Of a stretch of DNA of 64,000 nucleotides, positions 32,474-43,288 are shown piece after piece (the stretch's first letter is position 1; every line of letters starts with the position of its first letter). A program made the position numbers and the translations under genes. This DNA comes from Oscillospiraceae bacterium (GTDB lineage: Bacteria > Bacillota > Clostridia > Oscillospirales > CAG-272), in the NCBI GenBank assembly GCA_015065105.1, contig SVQZ01000003.1, positions 35,303 to 99,302 of the forward strand, given 5' to 3'. The notes under the pieces were generated by a model that did not search any database, was not told the origin of the DNA, and worked only from the letters and a program-made list of their open reading frames with translations.

Positions 32474-35001
32474 AAAGATCACTGATACGTCTTTTAAGTC
32501 TTAATCTTATGATAGTGCTTATCTTTACCATGATTGCGCCAACAGTATTTTCCGCAATAGATATAAGCACAAGAACCCGTATATATGAGGGTATTTCTAC
32601 AGGTAACAACAATTATTTCCAACCTGAGATCAGTGGCTTCTATATAATTACTATAGCAACCTTTGAGCTTTATGTATACGATGTTGCTACAGAGGAAACG
32701 CTGCCCGAAATCGGGTACGCTTCCGAGCGTTCCGATTTCGATGATCAGGTAAACGGGATATTTTATCTTGAAGCTGGCAAGCAGTACGTTACAAGCAGAC
32801 CTTACGGTAAAACTGCTATAGAAAAGACAGGTACTACCGTTACCTCAGCCGATCTTTCAGAGGTAGGCTTATATATCTTCAAGCCTTCTAAGAACTGTAA
32901 TGTGTACGGTTATAATGTGAATATTTACGATTCAGATTTTAGCTCCGTTTCGTCGGAGGGCAGAGTGTATTCACTTACCAAAAATAACGTGTATTATATA
33001 AACATAATGCCGGCGCTTAAAACATGGGGCGATGATAAATGGGCTTCGGGCTTTACCAAATTACTTAACGGTAACGAAACCTTCATTTACAGAGAGAATA
33101 ACGGAGAGATAGATATATACGATTATTTAGGTACAGAGGATAATATTGAGATTCCTAATCGTATTGACAATAAGGCTGTAACGGGAATCAGATCTTCGGC
33201 ATTTTACGGTCTTGATGTTAACAGCATTATCCTTCCCGATACCCTTAAGACTATCCATGACTATGGCTTCGATTTAATAGATAATATTAATTTCCTCGGC
33301 ATTCCGGATTCTCTTACCTCTATAGGAAGCGACGCTATAGATACCTCTGATATACATCATATATTCTATGAGGGGAGTCAAAGTAAGTTTAAGGATATAA
33401 ACGAGGACGGCTATATATATGCTACCTGTCATTACGATTGTTACTACTACTTTGAAGGATTTGTTTACGAATATGATACCGAATACTGCAATAAGATCAA
33501 GTATAACTGTGACTTGTGCAGCGCTTATTATACCAGAAACTTCAGCAACGGAACAAAGCATGATATGGAGGTAAAGAACGTTCTCTTAGAGGCAACCTGT
33601 TCAACTCCCGGTTATGTTTACGGCGAGTGTAAGCTCTGTGATGCAGGCTTCGACTATGAGACCTATGCAGATCACAAGTATATAGATTATAAGAGTAATA
33701 ACGATGCTACCTGCTCAACAAATTGTACCGAAACCGGCTACTGTAAGTACTGCGGTACGGGTGATACAAGAGAAATTCCTGACTCTAAGCTCGCTCATTC
33801 CTTCACATCCAAGGATTCGGGCGTGATGGCGGCTGAGGCAACCTGTAAGTCTAAACAGCAGAACTACGTTCAGTGCGATAAGTGTGGTGAAGTTTCCGAT
33901 ACCAAAACAGTGGAGATAGGTAAATTTGTTCCCCATGTATATGAGAATTATGTAAGTAACAATAATCCCACCTGCTCTACAAACTGTACCGAGACAGGAC
34001 ACTGTAAGTGGTGCGGAAAAGCACATACACAGTCTATTCCCGGCACTAAGACTCCTCACTCCTATACAAATAAGGCTTCGGATCAGATAGCTACCGCTGC
34101 TACCTGTACCAAGAAGCAGACAAATTATGTTCAGTGTGATAACTGTACCTCGGTTACAAAGAAGATGACGGTTGAGGTTGAGATTATTCTTGAACATAAT
34201 TACGGAGAGTATACAAACAACAATGATGCAACCTGTGAAAAGGATGCCACCCAAACCGCAACCTGTAAGGACTGCGGATACAAGAATACTGTTACAGTAA
34301 AAGATACTGCACTTGGTCACACCGAAGGTGAGTGGGTGATAACAAAGAAGGCGGAAAACGGTATTGACGGTGAAAAGACACTTTTCTGTACGATATGTAA
34401 TAAGGTTCTTGACACCGAAGTTATAAAGGCTGTTGTATTTCCTGACTGTCCCATTCCTTCTGCTCCTGACAAGAAATGGTATTCAGAGGGTGTATATTAC
34501 TGTGCAGACAGAGGATATATTACCGGTACTGATAAGGGAAGTTTCAATCCTGACGGTAAGCTTACCCGTGAGCAGTTTGTAGTTATTCTTGCAAGAGTTG
34601 CGGATGCGGATCTCAGCGGTTATACCTATAGCAAGTTTACAGATGTTAAGGCTGATCAGTGGTATGGTAAGTCGGTAATCTGGGCTAACGAAAGTGGTTT
34701 TGTAAACGGTGTAGGAGATGGAAGCAAATTCGGTGTCGGTCAGGATATGACCCGTGAACAGCTTGCCACAATGTTTTTCAGATATGCAGCAGAAAACGGT
34801 GTAAGTGTTGATGGCAGAGCGGACCTTTCGGAATATATTGACGTAGCATCTATAGGCTCATGGGCTAAGGAGGCTTGCGCATGGGCTGTTGATGCAGGAC
34901 TTATAGGTTCCACCAGAACTGATTCAAAGCAGCTTTCTCCCCGTATGTCTGTTACAAGAGCTCAGGCAGCTAAGATATTCATGAGTTACGATAATATATA
35001 A
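32470..35001 (+). CDS. Cell-surface protein: signal peptide, unknown N-domain, BspA-type LRR segment, ~7 four-Cys repeats, 3 C-terminal SLH domains
   Basis: LRR_5-like IEIPNRIDNKAVTGIRSSAFYGL...ILPDTLKTIHDYGF. 4-Cys repeats at ~33548-34425. The C-terminal SLH triplet (LTREQFVVILAR, MTREQLATMFFR, VTRAQAAKIF) is paralogous to that of 50816-52474. Confidence 0.9.
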   Translation: MKRSLIRLLSLNLMIVLIFTMIAPTVFSAIDISTRTRIYEGISTGNNNYFQPEISGFYIITIATFELYVYDVATEETLPEIGYASERSDFDDQVNGIFYLEAGKQYVTSRPYGKTAIEKTGTTVTSADLSEVGLYIFKPSKNCNVYGYNVNIYDSDFSSVSSEGRVYSLTKNNVYYINIMPALKTWGDDKWASGFTKLLNGNETFIYRENNGEIDIYDYLGTEDNIEIPNRIDNKAVTGIRSSAFYGLDVNSIILPDTLKTIHDYGFDLIDNINFLGIPDSLTSIGSDAIDTSDIHHIFYEGSQSKFKDINEDGYIYATCHYDCYYYFEGFVYEYDTEYCNKIKYNCDLCSAYYTRNFSNGTKHDMEVKNVLLEATCSTPGYVYGECKLCDAGFDYETYADHKYIDYKSNNDATCSTNCTETGYCKYCGTGDTREIPDSKLAHSFTSKDSGVMAAEATCKSKQQNYVQCDKCGEVSDTKTVEIGKFVPHVYENYVSNNNPTCSTNCTETGHCKWCGKAHTQSIPGTKTPHSYTNKASDQIATAATCTKKQTNYVQCDNCTSVTKKMTVEVEIILEHNYGEYTNNNDATCEKDATQTATCKDCGYKNTVTVKDTALGHTEGEWVITKKAENGIDGEKTLFCTICNKVLDTEVIKAVVFPDCPIPSAPDKKWYSEGVYYCADRGYITGTDKGSFNPDGKLTREQFVVILARVADADLSGYTYSKFTDVKADQWYGKSVIWANESGFVNGVGDGSKFGVGQDMTREQLATMFFRYAAENGVSVDGRADLSEYIDVASIGSWAKEACAWAVDAGLIGSTRTDSKQLSPRMSVTRAQAAKIFMSYDNI

Positions 35002-35040
35002 TTTTTTATATAACCATTAAATTATGAAAAGGAGAAAAAG

Positions 35041-35559
35041 ATGAACACCAAACGTATTTTGAGCTTTTTGCTTGTATTTGTGATGTTATTAGGTATTATA
35101 CCCGTAACGGCATTTGCTACAGAATAAGCTCCCGAACCCGAAGCTTCCAAGTATGAGCCTGTAAGTGCAACTATTGGTGACTGCGTTATCGCATTTGACG
35201 GTGCCGAGTTTGTAGATTTCTTCGGTGACGGTTATACCAGACTCCATGTTTACTATACCTTTACAAACAATGCAACAGAAGAAAAGTCTGCAAGTCAGAA
35301 GGTATTTGTACAGGCTAAGGCCGGCGATGCGAACGTAAGTGAATCTTCATATTACGGTGATAATGTTCCTGAAGAGAACGGTAAGGAATATACCAATATT
35401 GCGCCCGGTGAGAGTGTTCGTTGTATGGCTATATTAGATTATGACGGAACAACCGCAGACAGCATTCAGGTTACCATTATGGATCTCTACCATCAGGCAT
35501 AAGAAAAGATTGAACTTGATATCGCAGCTGCCGATCTTCCCATTATCTTTGTAGAATAA
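35041..35559 (+). pseudogene. Secreted DUF4352/DUF5067-like protein gene interrupted by two in-frame TAA codons
   Basis: The RBS and first 28 codons are near-identical to the 5' end of 37617-42866. An in-frame TAA at 35125-35127 replaces the paralog's GAA. A second in-frame TAA lies at 35500-35502 and the final TAA at 35557-35559. The frame otherwise reads a coherent beta-rich domain (YYTFTNNATEEKSASQKVFVQAK). Confidence 0.6.
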
Positions 35560-35628
35560 AACATATAGTTTATAGTTAAGCGATGCTTGATTAAATAAGT
35601 ATTTTTTTAAAAAGAAAGGAAAAACATT

Positions 35629-36339
35629 ATGAAAAAACTTTTAGCTATTATGCTTGCTGCAGGAATGCTTCTTAGCTTTGCAGCTTGCGGCGGAACCGAG
35701 GAAAAGAAGGACGACCAGACCACAAAAGCAGATAAAACCGAAACAGAGCTTGCTCCTGCTGAACAGAAGGCCTTGGATGTGTTCGGAGAATTCTGTTCAT
35801 CTATGGGTCTTGACGGTTATTGCTATAACTGTGGTGCCGAGGGAGACCGTGCGATCTGTGTTGATTGCGGTAAAACCGACAAGTGTGAGGATTGTGATGC
35901 TGAGCTTGCCGATGACGAGTATTACGTATGCGCTGACTGTCTCAGTATTTATGAATCCTTGAACGGTGGCTCAGAGGATGACGGTGATGACGCTGTGATC
36001 GATGACGGTGACGAGGATGACAATGCTTGTGACCTCTGCGGTTCAGAGCTTTCCGAAGATGATCTCTACTACTGTGCAGACTGCGTTAACAGAACAACCT
36101 GCTATTACTGCGGCGAGGACCTTGGTGACGAGTTTATGTACCATGAAGCTTGCTGGGATGAGAATTTCTATTCTTATACCGATACCGCTTGCACCGTATG
36201 CGGTAATGCATTAGGTGAATTGTCCTTCCTCTACTGTGATGAATGCTACAATAGAGATACCTGCTACTACTGTGGCGAGGCTATTGACAAGGATAACTAC
36301 GAGACAGCATATCACTTTGATTGTTGGATGGCAGCATAA
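35629..36339 (+). CDS. Acidic Cys-rich lipoprotein with repeated CxxC pairs, paralog B
   Basis: Lipobox FAAC. The GLDGYCYNCGAEGDRAICVDCGKTDKCEDCDAELADDEYYVCADCLSIYES block is nearly identical in pattern to paralog A. It has extra CxxC repeats at the C-terminus. Confidence 0.8.
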   Translation: MKKLLAIMLAAGMLLSFAACGGTEEKKDDQTTKADKTETELAPAEQKALDVFGEFCSSMGLDGYCYNCGAEGDRAICVDCGKTDKCEDCDAELADDEYYVCADCLSIYESLNGGSEDDGDDAVIDDGDEDDNACDLCGSELSEDDLYYCADCVNRTTCYYCGEDLGDEFMYHEACWDENFYSYTDTACTVCGNALGELSFLYCDECYNRDTCYYCGEAIDKDNYETAYHFDCWMAA

Positions 36340-36349
36340 GATCAATATA

Positions 36350-36408
36350 CAGGGCTGTTTTCAGCCCTGATATATGAAAGCCGATTTGAACGATCGGCTT
36401 TCATATAT
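36350..36408 (+). terminator. Two consecutive hairpins downstream of Cys-rich lipoprotein paralog B
   Basis: CAGGGCTG-TTTT-CAGCCCTG, then ATATATGAAAGCCGAT-TTGAAC-GATCGGCTTTCATATAT. The second hairpin shares its outer TATGAAAGCC/GG(C/T)TTTCATA arms with 31020-31054, with compensating inner changes. Confidence 0.6.
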
Positions 36409-36487
36409 TAAGTTTAATTGTTGTATATGATAATGTGTGACGATGTATTTGATGATAACGGTAAGGAAAAATATAGGTGGAATTTTG

Positions 36488-37561
36488 ATGAAACGAATAC
36501 TTTTATTACTTATTTCATTACTTCTTTGTGTAACTTTTTGCTGTTGTGGAGGTGCTAAGAACGGCACCGAGCTAACGGACAGCTCAAAGGATACAGAAAA
36601 AGGAGCTGAATCGGAGGAAATATCAAAGGACACAGAGGCAGATCTCAAAGCATCGGATGACCCTGTAACAGAGCCCGACGATCCTTCGCTTAACAGCTTC
36701 CGTCAGTCTATGGTGGGCACAACAGAGCTTTTTGCTGTGGCATGTATCGGATATACCGACACTATGGACGGTGTTGATCCTATACTGTGGATGAAGGAAA
36801 AAGTTCCGAATCTCTGCGATGATTTGCCCTTTATGACCACTATCACCGAGGAGAATATTGTCGGCGGTGATTTCGGTGAGCTTTATTGCATAGTACCTGC
36901 AAATCAGGATGTTACCATTACGGTCCGCTCTATTGAATTTGACGGTAACGATGTAGAAGAGCTTTACGTAGGAGAATCGGGCGAGCCTATGCTTCTGTTC
37001 TGTAACAAGGGCGGATATACACCCGATGTTGAGGTTAGCGTTACCGCAGAGGACGGCAGCAATGCTGTCTGGTATCCCGAGCGTGACAGCAGCTTCCACC
37101 TTGCGGATGCCTATGATCTTGACGGTGTGGACGTAATGAAGGATTTTACCCCCTATAGCGAGCTTGCCGAGGATGAATACGAATATTACCTCAACGAAGC
37201 AGGCTTCTGGACCGTTCCCGAGACACAGGAGCTTACAGATACCTCCTGGGAAACAACAGAATACTGTGAGGACGGCACAGTTAAGGTGTATTATCTTGAT
37301 ATCTTTGCCGATACGGTAAACATCACCTGGAATGACGGTATTGACGAGGAATTTCACAGCTTTACCGCACTCTGGTCGCTTAAGGATGTTGACGGTATAA
37401 CCGTGATGGAGCTGAATCTCGGAAATCTTGACGGAATCAGAAGCTATCCCCTGCTTATCACTACAGAGGGTAATCTGATATACTTCTCTCAGGATTTTGT
37501 TAACGATGATATACGTGATTACGAAAAAGTTTCAAGAGTAATGGAACGTGCCTACGGATAA
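36488..37561 (+). CDS. Acidic secreted/lipoprotein-like hypothetical protein
   Basis: Preferred start is ATG 36488 (AGGTGG upstream; MKRILLLLISLLLCVTFCCCGG). No recognisable domain. Confidence 0.7.
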   Translation: MKRILLLLISLLLCVTFCCCGGAKNGTELTDSSKDTEKGAESEEISKDTEADLKASDDPVTEPDDPSLNSFRQSMVGTTELFAVACIGYTDTMDGVDPILWMKEKVPNLCDDLPFMTTITEENIVGGDFGELYCIVPANQDVTITVRSIEFDGNDVEELYVGESGEPMLLFCNKGGYTPDVEVSVTAEDGSNAVWYPERDSSFHLADAYDLDGVDVMKDFTPYSELAEDEYEYYLNEAGFWTVPETQELTDTSWETTEYCEDGTVKVYYLDIFADTVNITWNDGIDEEFHSFTALWSLKDVDGITVMELNLGNLDGIRSYPLLITTEGNLIYFSQDFVNDDIRDYEKVSRVMERAYG

Positions 37562-37616
37562 TTTTGCAGGTTCGTTTAATTAAATAATAATAATAAATAA
37601 AGAAAAGGAGAAAATC

Positions 37617-40600
37617 ATGAAAACAAAACGTATTTTGAGCTTTTTGCTTGTATTTGTGATGTTAGTAGGTATTATACCCGTAACAGCATTTGCTACAGAA
37701 GAAGCTCCCGAGGGAACCCTTGAGATAATGGACCCCCGAACCGGACAATTCGTTGATTCTATCGAGGTAATACCCGGTGTGACTCAATCGGTCAATGTCT
37801 ATTTTGTTGACGTGAGTGGTATGCGTACCAAGCTTCTTCCAAATCAGGTTTCGTGGAGTGTAGCTGATTCCGAGCTTGCAACGGTCAGCAACAACAGGAT
37901 CGAAGCAATGATGGAGGGTGTTACCACCATTACTGCGATGTACAACGATGCGAGCGGTAATAGCTATTCAAAGGTTATCGATCTGTATATAGGTGACGGT
38001 TATACAGATATTCGTATCTTTGATGAGGATATGAACGATATCACGTTTACCGATATCACTCTTAAGGTTGGAGATACAATGAGTATCTCAGGCAAGGTGA
38101 CAAAGAAATTCGGTGAAACTGTGGTTGAGGTAACCGACAATCTGTTCTGGTATTCCGACAGCAGTGCGGTCAGCTTTAATAACGGTGTGATAACTGCTGA
38201 AATGGCAGGCAATGCTATGGTCAATTTATGTTACACCGCAAATGACGGCTCAAGTCTTGAGGCAAGCATATTTGTGACTGTAGAAGAAGCGGGAAAAGAA
38301 ACATTTATTTCTACAGTTAATGTAAAGGACGTCTCTCTTACCGGTGCAGGACAGCTCCCCGACTATGATGCAACAGTTGAGGGTGAGGGTTATTCTCTCT
38401 TTACACCCGACAATCTTGATATTTCCAAGTATATCAAGAACGGTATAGCATGGTATGACGTTACCTTTGGCATGTACCTTATCCCCGATGTAGATGTTCT
38501 TACAGAGGATCACGTTTATTCTGTACGTTCATTCATTATAGCGGAGGACGGTTATTATCTTGATCTGTACAGTACTAAGTTTCTCTTCAACGGTGTAGAG
38601 CGCTCCAACTTAGGTTCGGTTGACGGCTATGATAAAACCAAGGCTGTTATTATGTACACCAACAAGGTTTTCACAGTAGATGACATTAAGAATGAAAAGG
38701 TTGAATCTGTTGGCTTTGAACTTGATCAGCCTGTTTTAGGCAGACATCCCGACTTTACTGCGGAAAGTAATTTCCCCAACGAATCCTATGTTGATACCCC
38801 TGCATATACCTCCGGTTATACTAACGGTATTATGTGGTATGATAATACCGCAAAGAAGATCCTGACCGAGGACGACGTATTTGAGGACGGTCACAGCTAT
38901 TCTTTGAGTCTTGTATTTATTGCAAAGGACGGTCGTGAATTTGTTCTTAATACAGACGGTACTCCAAAGCTTTCGGTTATTTCGAATTATCTATATGATT
39001 TCACATCACTCAAGCTCGGAAATCTTGATAGCAAGGAATTCGTTCTTGTAACATGTAATAATATAACTCCCTATAAGGAGCATACTGTTACTGTTACCAA
39101 CGGTAATGCCGTAGACGAGAACAATTATATAGTACGTAAGGCGGCATACGGAGATATTGTTAAACTTATCGCATTCCCTCCCTATCCTTACTATACATTT
39201 AATGGTTGGAAGTGTATCTCCGGAGATATGTATTTCTTTGAACCCGAAAACAGTACTACAGAATTTATCATGTGTGACAGCGACGTTCAGGTAGAGGCTG
39301 TTTTTGAAAACGAAAATACGGTAATCGAGGACGTCGAGATTATTGGTATAGACACCCCCGTCATCGGCAGACCTGCCGATTTTGAGGCAACTGTACCCGC
39401 AGACGTAAATTATTATATCGGTATACCCTCTGAAGACTATTATTTCTTCCATAACGGAATCAGATGGTATGACAGGACTGCCAACTGTGACCTTCTTCCC
39501 GGTGATTGCTTCGTTGAGGGTCACGAGTACGATCTCTTTGTCGGTGTCATTGCAGAGGACGGCTATGTATTGGCGGTAAATGAGGTTGGACAGTCTGCCG
39601 TAGATATCTATTTCAGCGGATTTGATCCTTATTTGGTTTCCTTCGCAACCGAACCTAAATACGAATATCTGTGTGTCAGAACTCCTCTCGAAGCACCCGT
39701 AACTCCTGCTCCTCTGTTTGCCGTAAATATCGAGAACGGTAAGGCATATAACAAAGCAGGTGAGGAGATTAGTTATGCTGCTGCAGGAGACATAGTAACA
39801 GTTAAATACGAGGATTCTCTCGGTCTCGGAAGAGCGTTTGTAAATTGGGTGAGTGATGATGTTACATTCAACAACGTATACGCTTCCGAAATAAGATTCG
39901 AAATGCCCGACCGTGATGTGACGGTAACTGCCGTTGCAAAGAATATTGAGATACTTTACATTCCCACACGCCTTGACGAGCCTGTGGTGGGCAGACATCC
40001 TGATTACGATATGTTTATTCATTCGAACTACGGATTTACAGCGGATGCACCCGAGGAATTTATCTACTTCTATAACGGCATCGCATGGGTAGATGCTACA
40101 GAGGACAGATACATGACTACCGATGAGGTGTTTGTTGAGGGACATGAGTACTACCCCATAATCGGTCTTAAAGCTAAGGAGGGCTACAGCTTTGCACAGC
40201 CTGCATCCCGTATAGATATCTATAATAACTTGACCGATGAGGTATTGGCAGGCGGATTCCATAATCATTCCGAGGAGGATTTCCTCTGTGTCAGCTTCGG
40301 TGATATTAATGATCTCTGGACCATCACTCCCAAGCCCCAATACACAATTACAGTTATTAACGGTGAGTCCTTCACAGCGGCAGGCTTTGATACCGTTACC
40401 GCTGCTGCAGGTGAGACCATTATTCTTCAGGCTATTGATGAATCGGGCGTTCAGACCTTTAAGAAGTGGAAGGCGGTAAGCGGCTGTAGTGACAGTAATT
40501 TTGCTTCCACAGACTATGCACGTACCACCTTCACTATGCCTGCAAGCGATATCGTTGTTGAGGCGGTATATCAGCCCTGTGCGATATACAGTATCAATCT

Positions 40601-42866
40601 TGAAATAAGTGATTATAACTGCTATAACACCGCTGAAAATCTTAATTTCAAGGTGAATACCGCGGGTGTGTGCACAGTACGCGATACTAATACCGATCTT
40701 GAGTATACAATCTATGACGATAAAATGGGTGCACCCAATAAACCGTATTACGGCGCTCTTGTTGCAGGCAGATTCTGGCTCAGAGCAGAGCTTGAGGCAG
40801 ATAACGGCTATAGCTTTGAAGGTCTCGGATCGTATATGATCGAGTTACATCTTGATGACAAAATATACTACGCAAGCATTCAGGAACAGAGCGCCGATAA
40901 GCTTGTTGTTTACTTTGATCTCGGAGAGGTACCCTCGCCCGATGTTTACAGTGTATATACCGACAAGGCAATTGCATCCCTCTATGGTCAAGATTGCTAT
41001 TATGCACCCGTAGGGGCAAAGGTTTATTTATATCCTGTTGCACCGAGCGATGAAGCGATCTTCGCAGGCTGGGAGGTTGAATTCGGTAACGTAGAGATCC
41101 TCACAGACGAAGACGGTATAAGCTACTTTATCATGCCTGAGGAAAGTGTTTATGTCAAGGCTAAGTTTAACGGACCCATCACCACGATTTATATCGGAAG
41201 CTTCGACAGACCCGTTGCAGGTGAAAAGCCGGACTATGACCTCTCTATCGAAAGCGAAGGCTGCATCTTCTTTGATAACGGTAATTGGGCAGCTGTTAAC
41301 GGTGTCATATGGTTAATTGATCATGATAACGGTATTTCAGAAAAGCTTGATCCCGAAACCGCTGTATTTGAGCCCGGAAAAACCTATTCCGTAAGCATCC
41401 TTCTTGAGGCAGAGGAGGGTTACTGGTTCTCACAGAATGAAGAGGGCGGATATTTTGTAGATGCATATCTTGACGGAACATATTGTTGGACTGCTCAGAT
41501 AGGATTGGATTCATATAAGTATATGAGCATCTCCTGTCAGTTTACTATTCCCGCGGTGTATAATATTACAGTTGAGGGCGGTAATGCTTATGCGCCCAGA
41601 AGTAATAACACTCCTACAGGAAACGGTGTCCCCGTAACCAGCGCACAGGAAGGTGAATATATCAACGTTGTTGCCGACGAGGCTCCCTTGGGCAGAGTAT
41701 TCGATCATTGGGAAATCGTTAGCGGATCTGTCAAGATAGCAGAAGAGGACCTTCTTTATGATAATTTCTCCTTCCTTATGCCCGATGAAGATGTTGTTAT
41801 CCGTGCAGTGTTCGTATACACACACGGTGATCCCGAGGTTGCGGTAGAAGGATATAACGTTCAGGTAAGCCATGCTTCCGATCTTACATATATCAGATAT
41901 GCACTCGGTGAATACAAGACTGCAGGCGAGATCAAAAATGCTGCAGACTGTGTAACTCTTAATTCCAAGAAAATTGCAGAGTATACCGCGAACGACGTTT
42001 GCACAATCAATATGGCAGACGGTGGATTATACAGCTTCTGGCTTAAGACTGCAGACGGCAGGGAATACATCCTTTATGCAGACCTCACCACAATGGAGCA
42101 GTATCTTACATCATACGGTGTAACCTTAACTGTGCATAATCTCTATGGTGTCAGAGACTTCTTTATAGCAAAGGGCGATTATGATACATATGCAGATATT
42201 AAGGCGAATTATATTGTAAACGTAACCTCTGCAAAGATTAACGGCGCTCATGATTATTCCTATATCCTTTCCGAGCCCGGCTTCTATACCGTATATATCA
42301 GATATACCGATTCCACAAGACCTGCAACCGTTCTTAAAACAACCCTTGAGGTAACAGAGCCTTACTTTGTAGAGAACGGACTTCAGCTTACTGTGGGTAA
42401 TCTTGACGATATCAAGGTCATCCGTACCGCATACGGTGAATATACTACCGCAGGTGAAGTAAAACGTGCAGCGGGCGCAAGAGCTTTTTCCGGTAAGGAT
42501 GTTCTGAAGGGTAAGGATGAATACACCATCCAATACCGTGAAAACGGTATTGTAACTGTAGCAGTTGTTTATAATAACGGCTATACAGTAATGTATTATT
42601 ATGATGTACAGCAGAAGGTTCCCGAATTCACTCAGAAGGGAAATGTTATCAGCTTCTTCGAGCTTGATGATCTGAAGCTTATCAGATATGCCGAGGGTGA
42701 ATATGTAACCTCCAAGGAAATCAAGAATGCCAAGGGCTCAAAGGTTGTAAAGCCTGAGGATCTTAACTACGGCTTCTTCCAGATCGAGCTTAATCCCGGA
42801 ACATATACATTCTGTGTTCAGTATAATGAGGAAAGCTACAACTATTATATAGTTACCATTGAATGA
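37617..42866 (+). CDS. Giant (1749 aa) secreted protein: Big_2-like domains, five alternating pairs of an unnamed 'PD' module and an InlB-B-repeat-like module, C-terminal four-module 'AYGEY' cassette
   Basis: AAGGAG RBS and signal peptide. Two Big_2-like segments (VSWSVADSELATVSNN.., WYSDSSAVSFNNGVITA). Five modules of the type P(V/L).G..PD(Y/F)...NGI.W.D.....F.EGH.Y alternate with modules of the type Y.(I/V).V.NG......AG..V.......F..W......(V/I).A.(F/Y). The C-terminal ~345 aa are collinear with 1530-2570. Confidence 0.9.
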   Translation: MKTKRILSFLLVFVMLVGIIPVTAFATEEAPEGTLEIMDPRTGQFVDSIEVIPGVTQSVNVYFVDVSGMRTKLLPNQVSWSVADSELATVSNNRIEAMMEGVTTITAMYNDASGNSYSKVIDLYIGDGYTDIRIFDEDMNDITFTDITLKVGDTMSISGKVTKKFGETVVEVTDNLFWYSDSSAVSFNNGVITAEMAGNAMVNLCYTANDGSSLEASIFVTVEEAGKETFISTVNVKDVSLTGAGQLPDYDATVEGEGYSLFTPDNLDISKYIKNGIAWYDVTFGMYLIPDVDVLTEDHVYSVRSFIIAEDGYYLDLYSTKFLFNGVERSNLGSVDGYDKTKAVIMYTNKVFTVDDIKNEKVESVGFELDQPVLGRHPDFTAESNFPNESYVDTPAYTSGYTNGIMWYDNTAKKILTEDDVFEDGHSYSLSLVFIAKDGREFVLNTDGTPKLSVISNYLYDFTSLKLGNLDSKEFVLVTCNNITPYKEHTVTVTNGNAVDENNYIVRKAAYGDIVKLIAFPPYPYYTFNGWKCISGDMYFFEPENSTTEFIMCDSDVQVEAVFENENTVIEDVEIIGIDTPVIGRPADFEATVPADVNYYIGIPSEDYYFFHNGIRWYDRTANCDLLPGDCFVEGHEYDLFVGVIAEDGYVLAVNEVGQSAVDIYFSGFDPYLVSFATEPKYEYLCVRTPLEAPVTPAPLFAVNIENGKAYNKAGEEISYAAAGDIVTVKYEDSLGLGRAFVNWVSDDVTFNNVYASEIRFEMPDRDVTVTAVAKNIEILYIPTRLDEPVVGRHPDYDMFIHSNYGFTADAPEEFIYFYNGIAWVDATEDRYMTTDEVFVEGHEYYPIIGLKAKEGYSFAQPASRIDIYNNLTDEVLAGGFHNHSEEDFLCVSFGDINDLWTITPKPQYTITVINGESFTAAGFDTVTAAAGETIILQAIDESGVQTFKKWKAVSGCSDSNFASTDYARTTFTMPASDIVVEAVYQPCAIYSINLEISDYNCYNTAENLNFKVNTAGVCTVRDTNTDLEYTIYDDKMGAPNKPYYGALVAGRFWLRAELEADNGYSFEGLGSYMIELHLDDKIYYASIQEQSADKLVVYFDLGEVPSPDVYSVYTDKAIASLYGQDCYYAPVGAKVYLYPVAPSDEAIFAGWEVEFGNVEILTDEDGISYFIMPEESVYVKAKFNGPITTIYIGSFDRPVAGEKPDYDLSIESEGCIFFDNGNWAAVNGVIWLIDHDNGISEKLDPETAVFEPGKTYSVSILLEAEEGYWFSQNEEGGYFVDAYLDGTYCWTAQIGLDSYKYMSISCQFTIPAVYNITVEGGNAYAPRSNNTPTGNGVPVTSAQEGEYINVVADEAPLGRVFDHWEIVSGSVKIAEEDLLYDNFSFLMPDEDVVIRAVFVYTHGDPEVAVEGYNVQVSHASDLTYIRYALGEYKTAGEIKNAADCVTLNSKKIAEYTANDVCTINMADGGLYSFWLKTADGREYILYADLTTMEQYLTSYGVTLTVHNLYGVRDFFIAKGDYDTYADIKANYIVNVTSAKINGAHDYSYILSEPGFYTVYIRYTDSTRPATVLKTTLEVTEPYFVENGLQLTVGNLDDIKVIRTAYGEYTTAGEVKRAAGARAFSGKDVLKGKDEYTIQYRENGIVTVAVVYNNGYTVMYYYDVQQKVPEFTQKGNVISFFELDDLKLIRYAEGEYVTSKEIKNAKGSKVVKPEDLNYGFFQIELNPGTYTFCVQYNEESYNYYIVTIE

Positions 42867-42890
42867 TAAACAGTAGAATAGTATAAACAA

Positions 42891-42930
42891 CTCCCCTCGT
42901 TGCAAATTGCGCCGAGGGGAGCTTTTGTGT
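42891..42930 (+). terminator. Rho-independent terminator of the giant gene
   Basis: CTCCCCTCG-13-nt loop-CGAGGGGAG followed by CTTTTGTGT. Confidence 0.75.
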
Positions 42931-43288
42931 ATTAAAGAATGAAAATCAATATAACCGTAACGAACCCCACGCAAAAACAGAGAAGTGTATTTTACGAAAA
43001 CACGCTGCAAACGCGTAGAAAAAAACGTTCATTTTATGTGGGTTTACCCTTGTAAAACGGGCGAAAAGCGTAAAAGCGTAATTTTAGCAAATAATATAAG
43101 AAAACACACACAGCCTATGACGGTACTTGTCAAAAGCTGTGTGTGCTTGTTTTAGCCTTAATTTCCTTACTTTTTGTAAACTTGTTTGGCTATGGTTTTA
43201 CTTGCCATAACAAAGCGATACACCGCCTGGCAAGTAAAGCTTGCCTAAGCGGTGTAGCTGTGGATTTTATCCACTACTTGATATTGAA

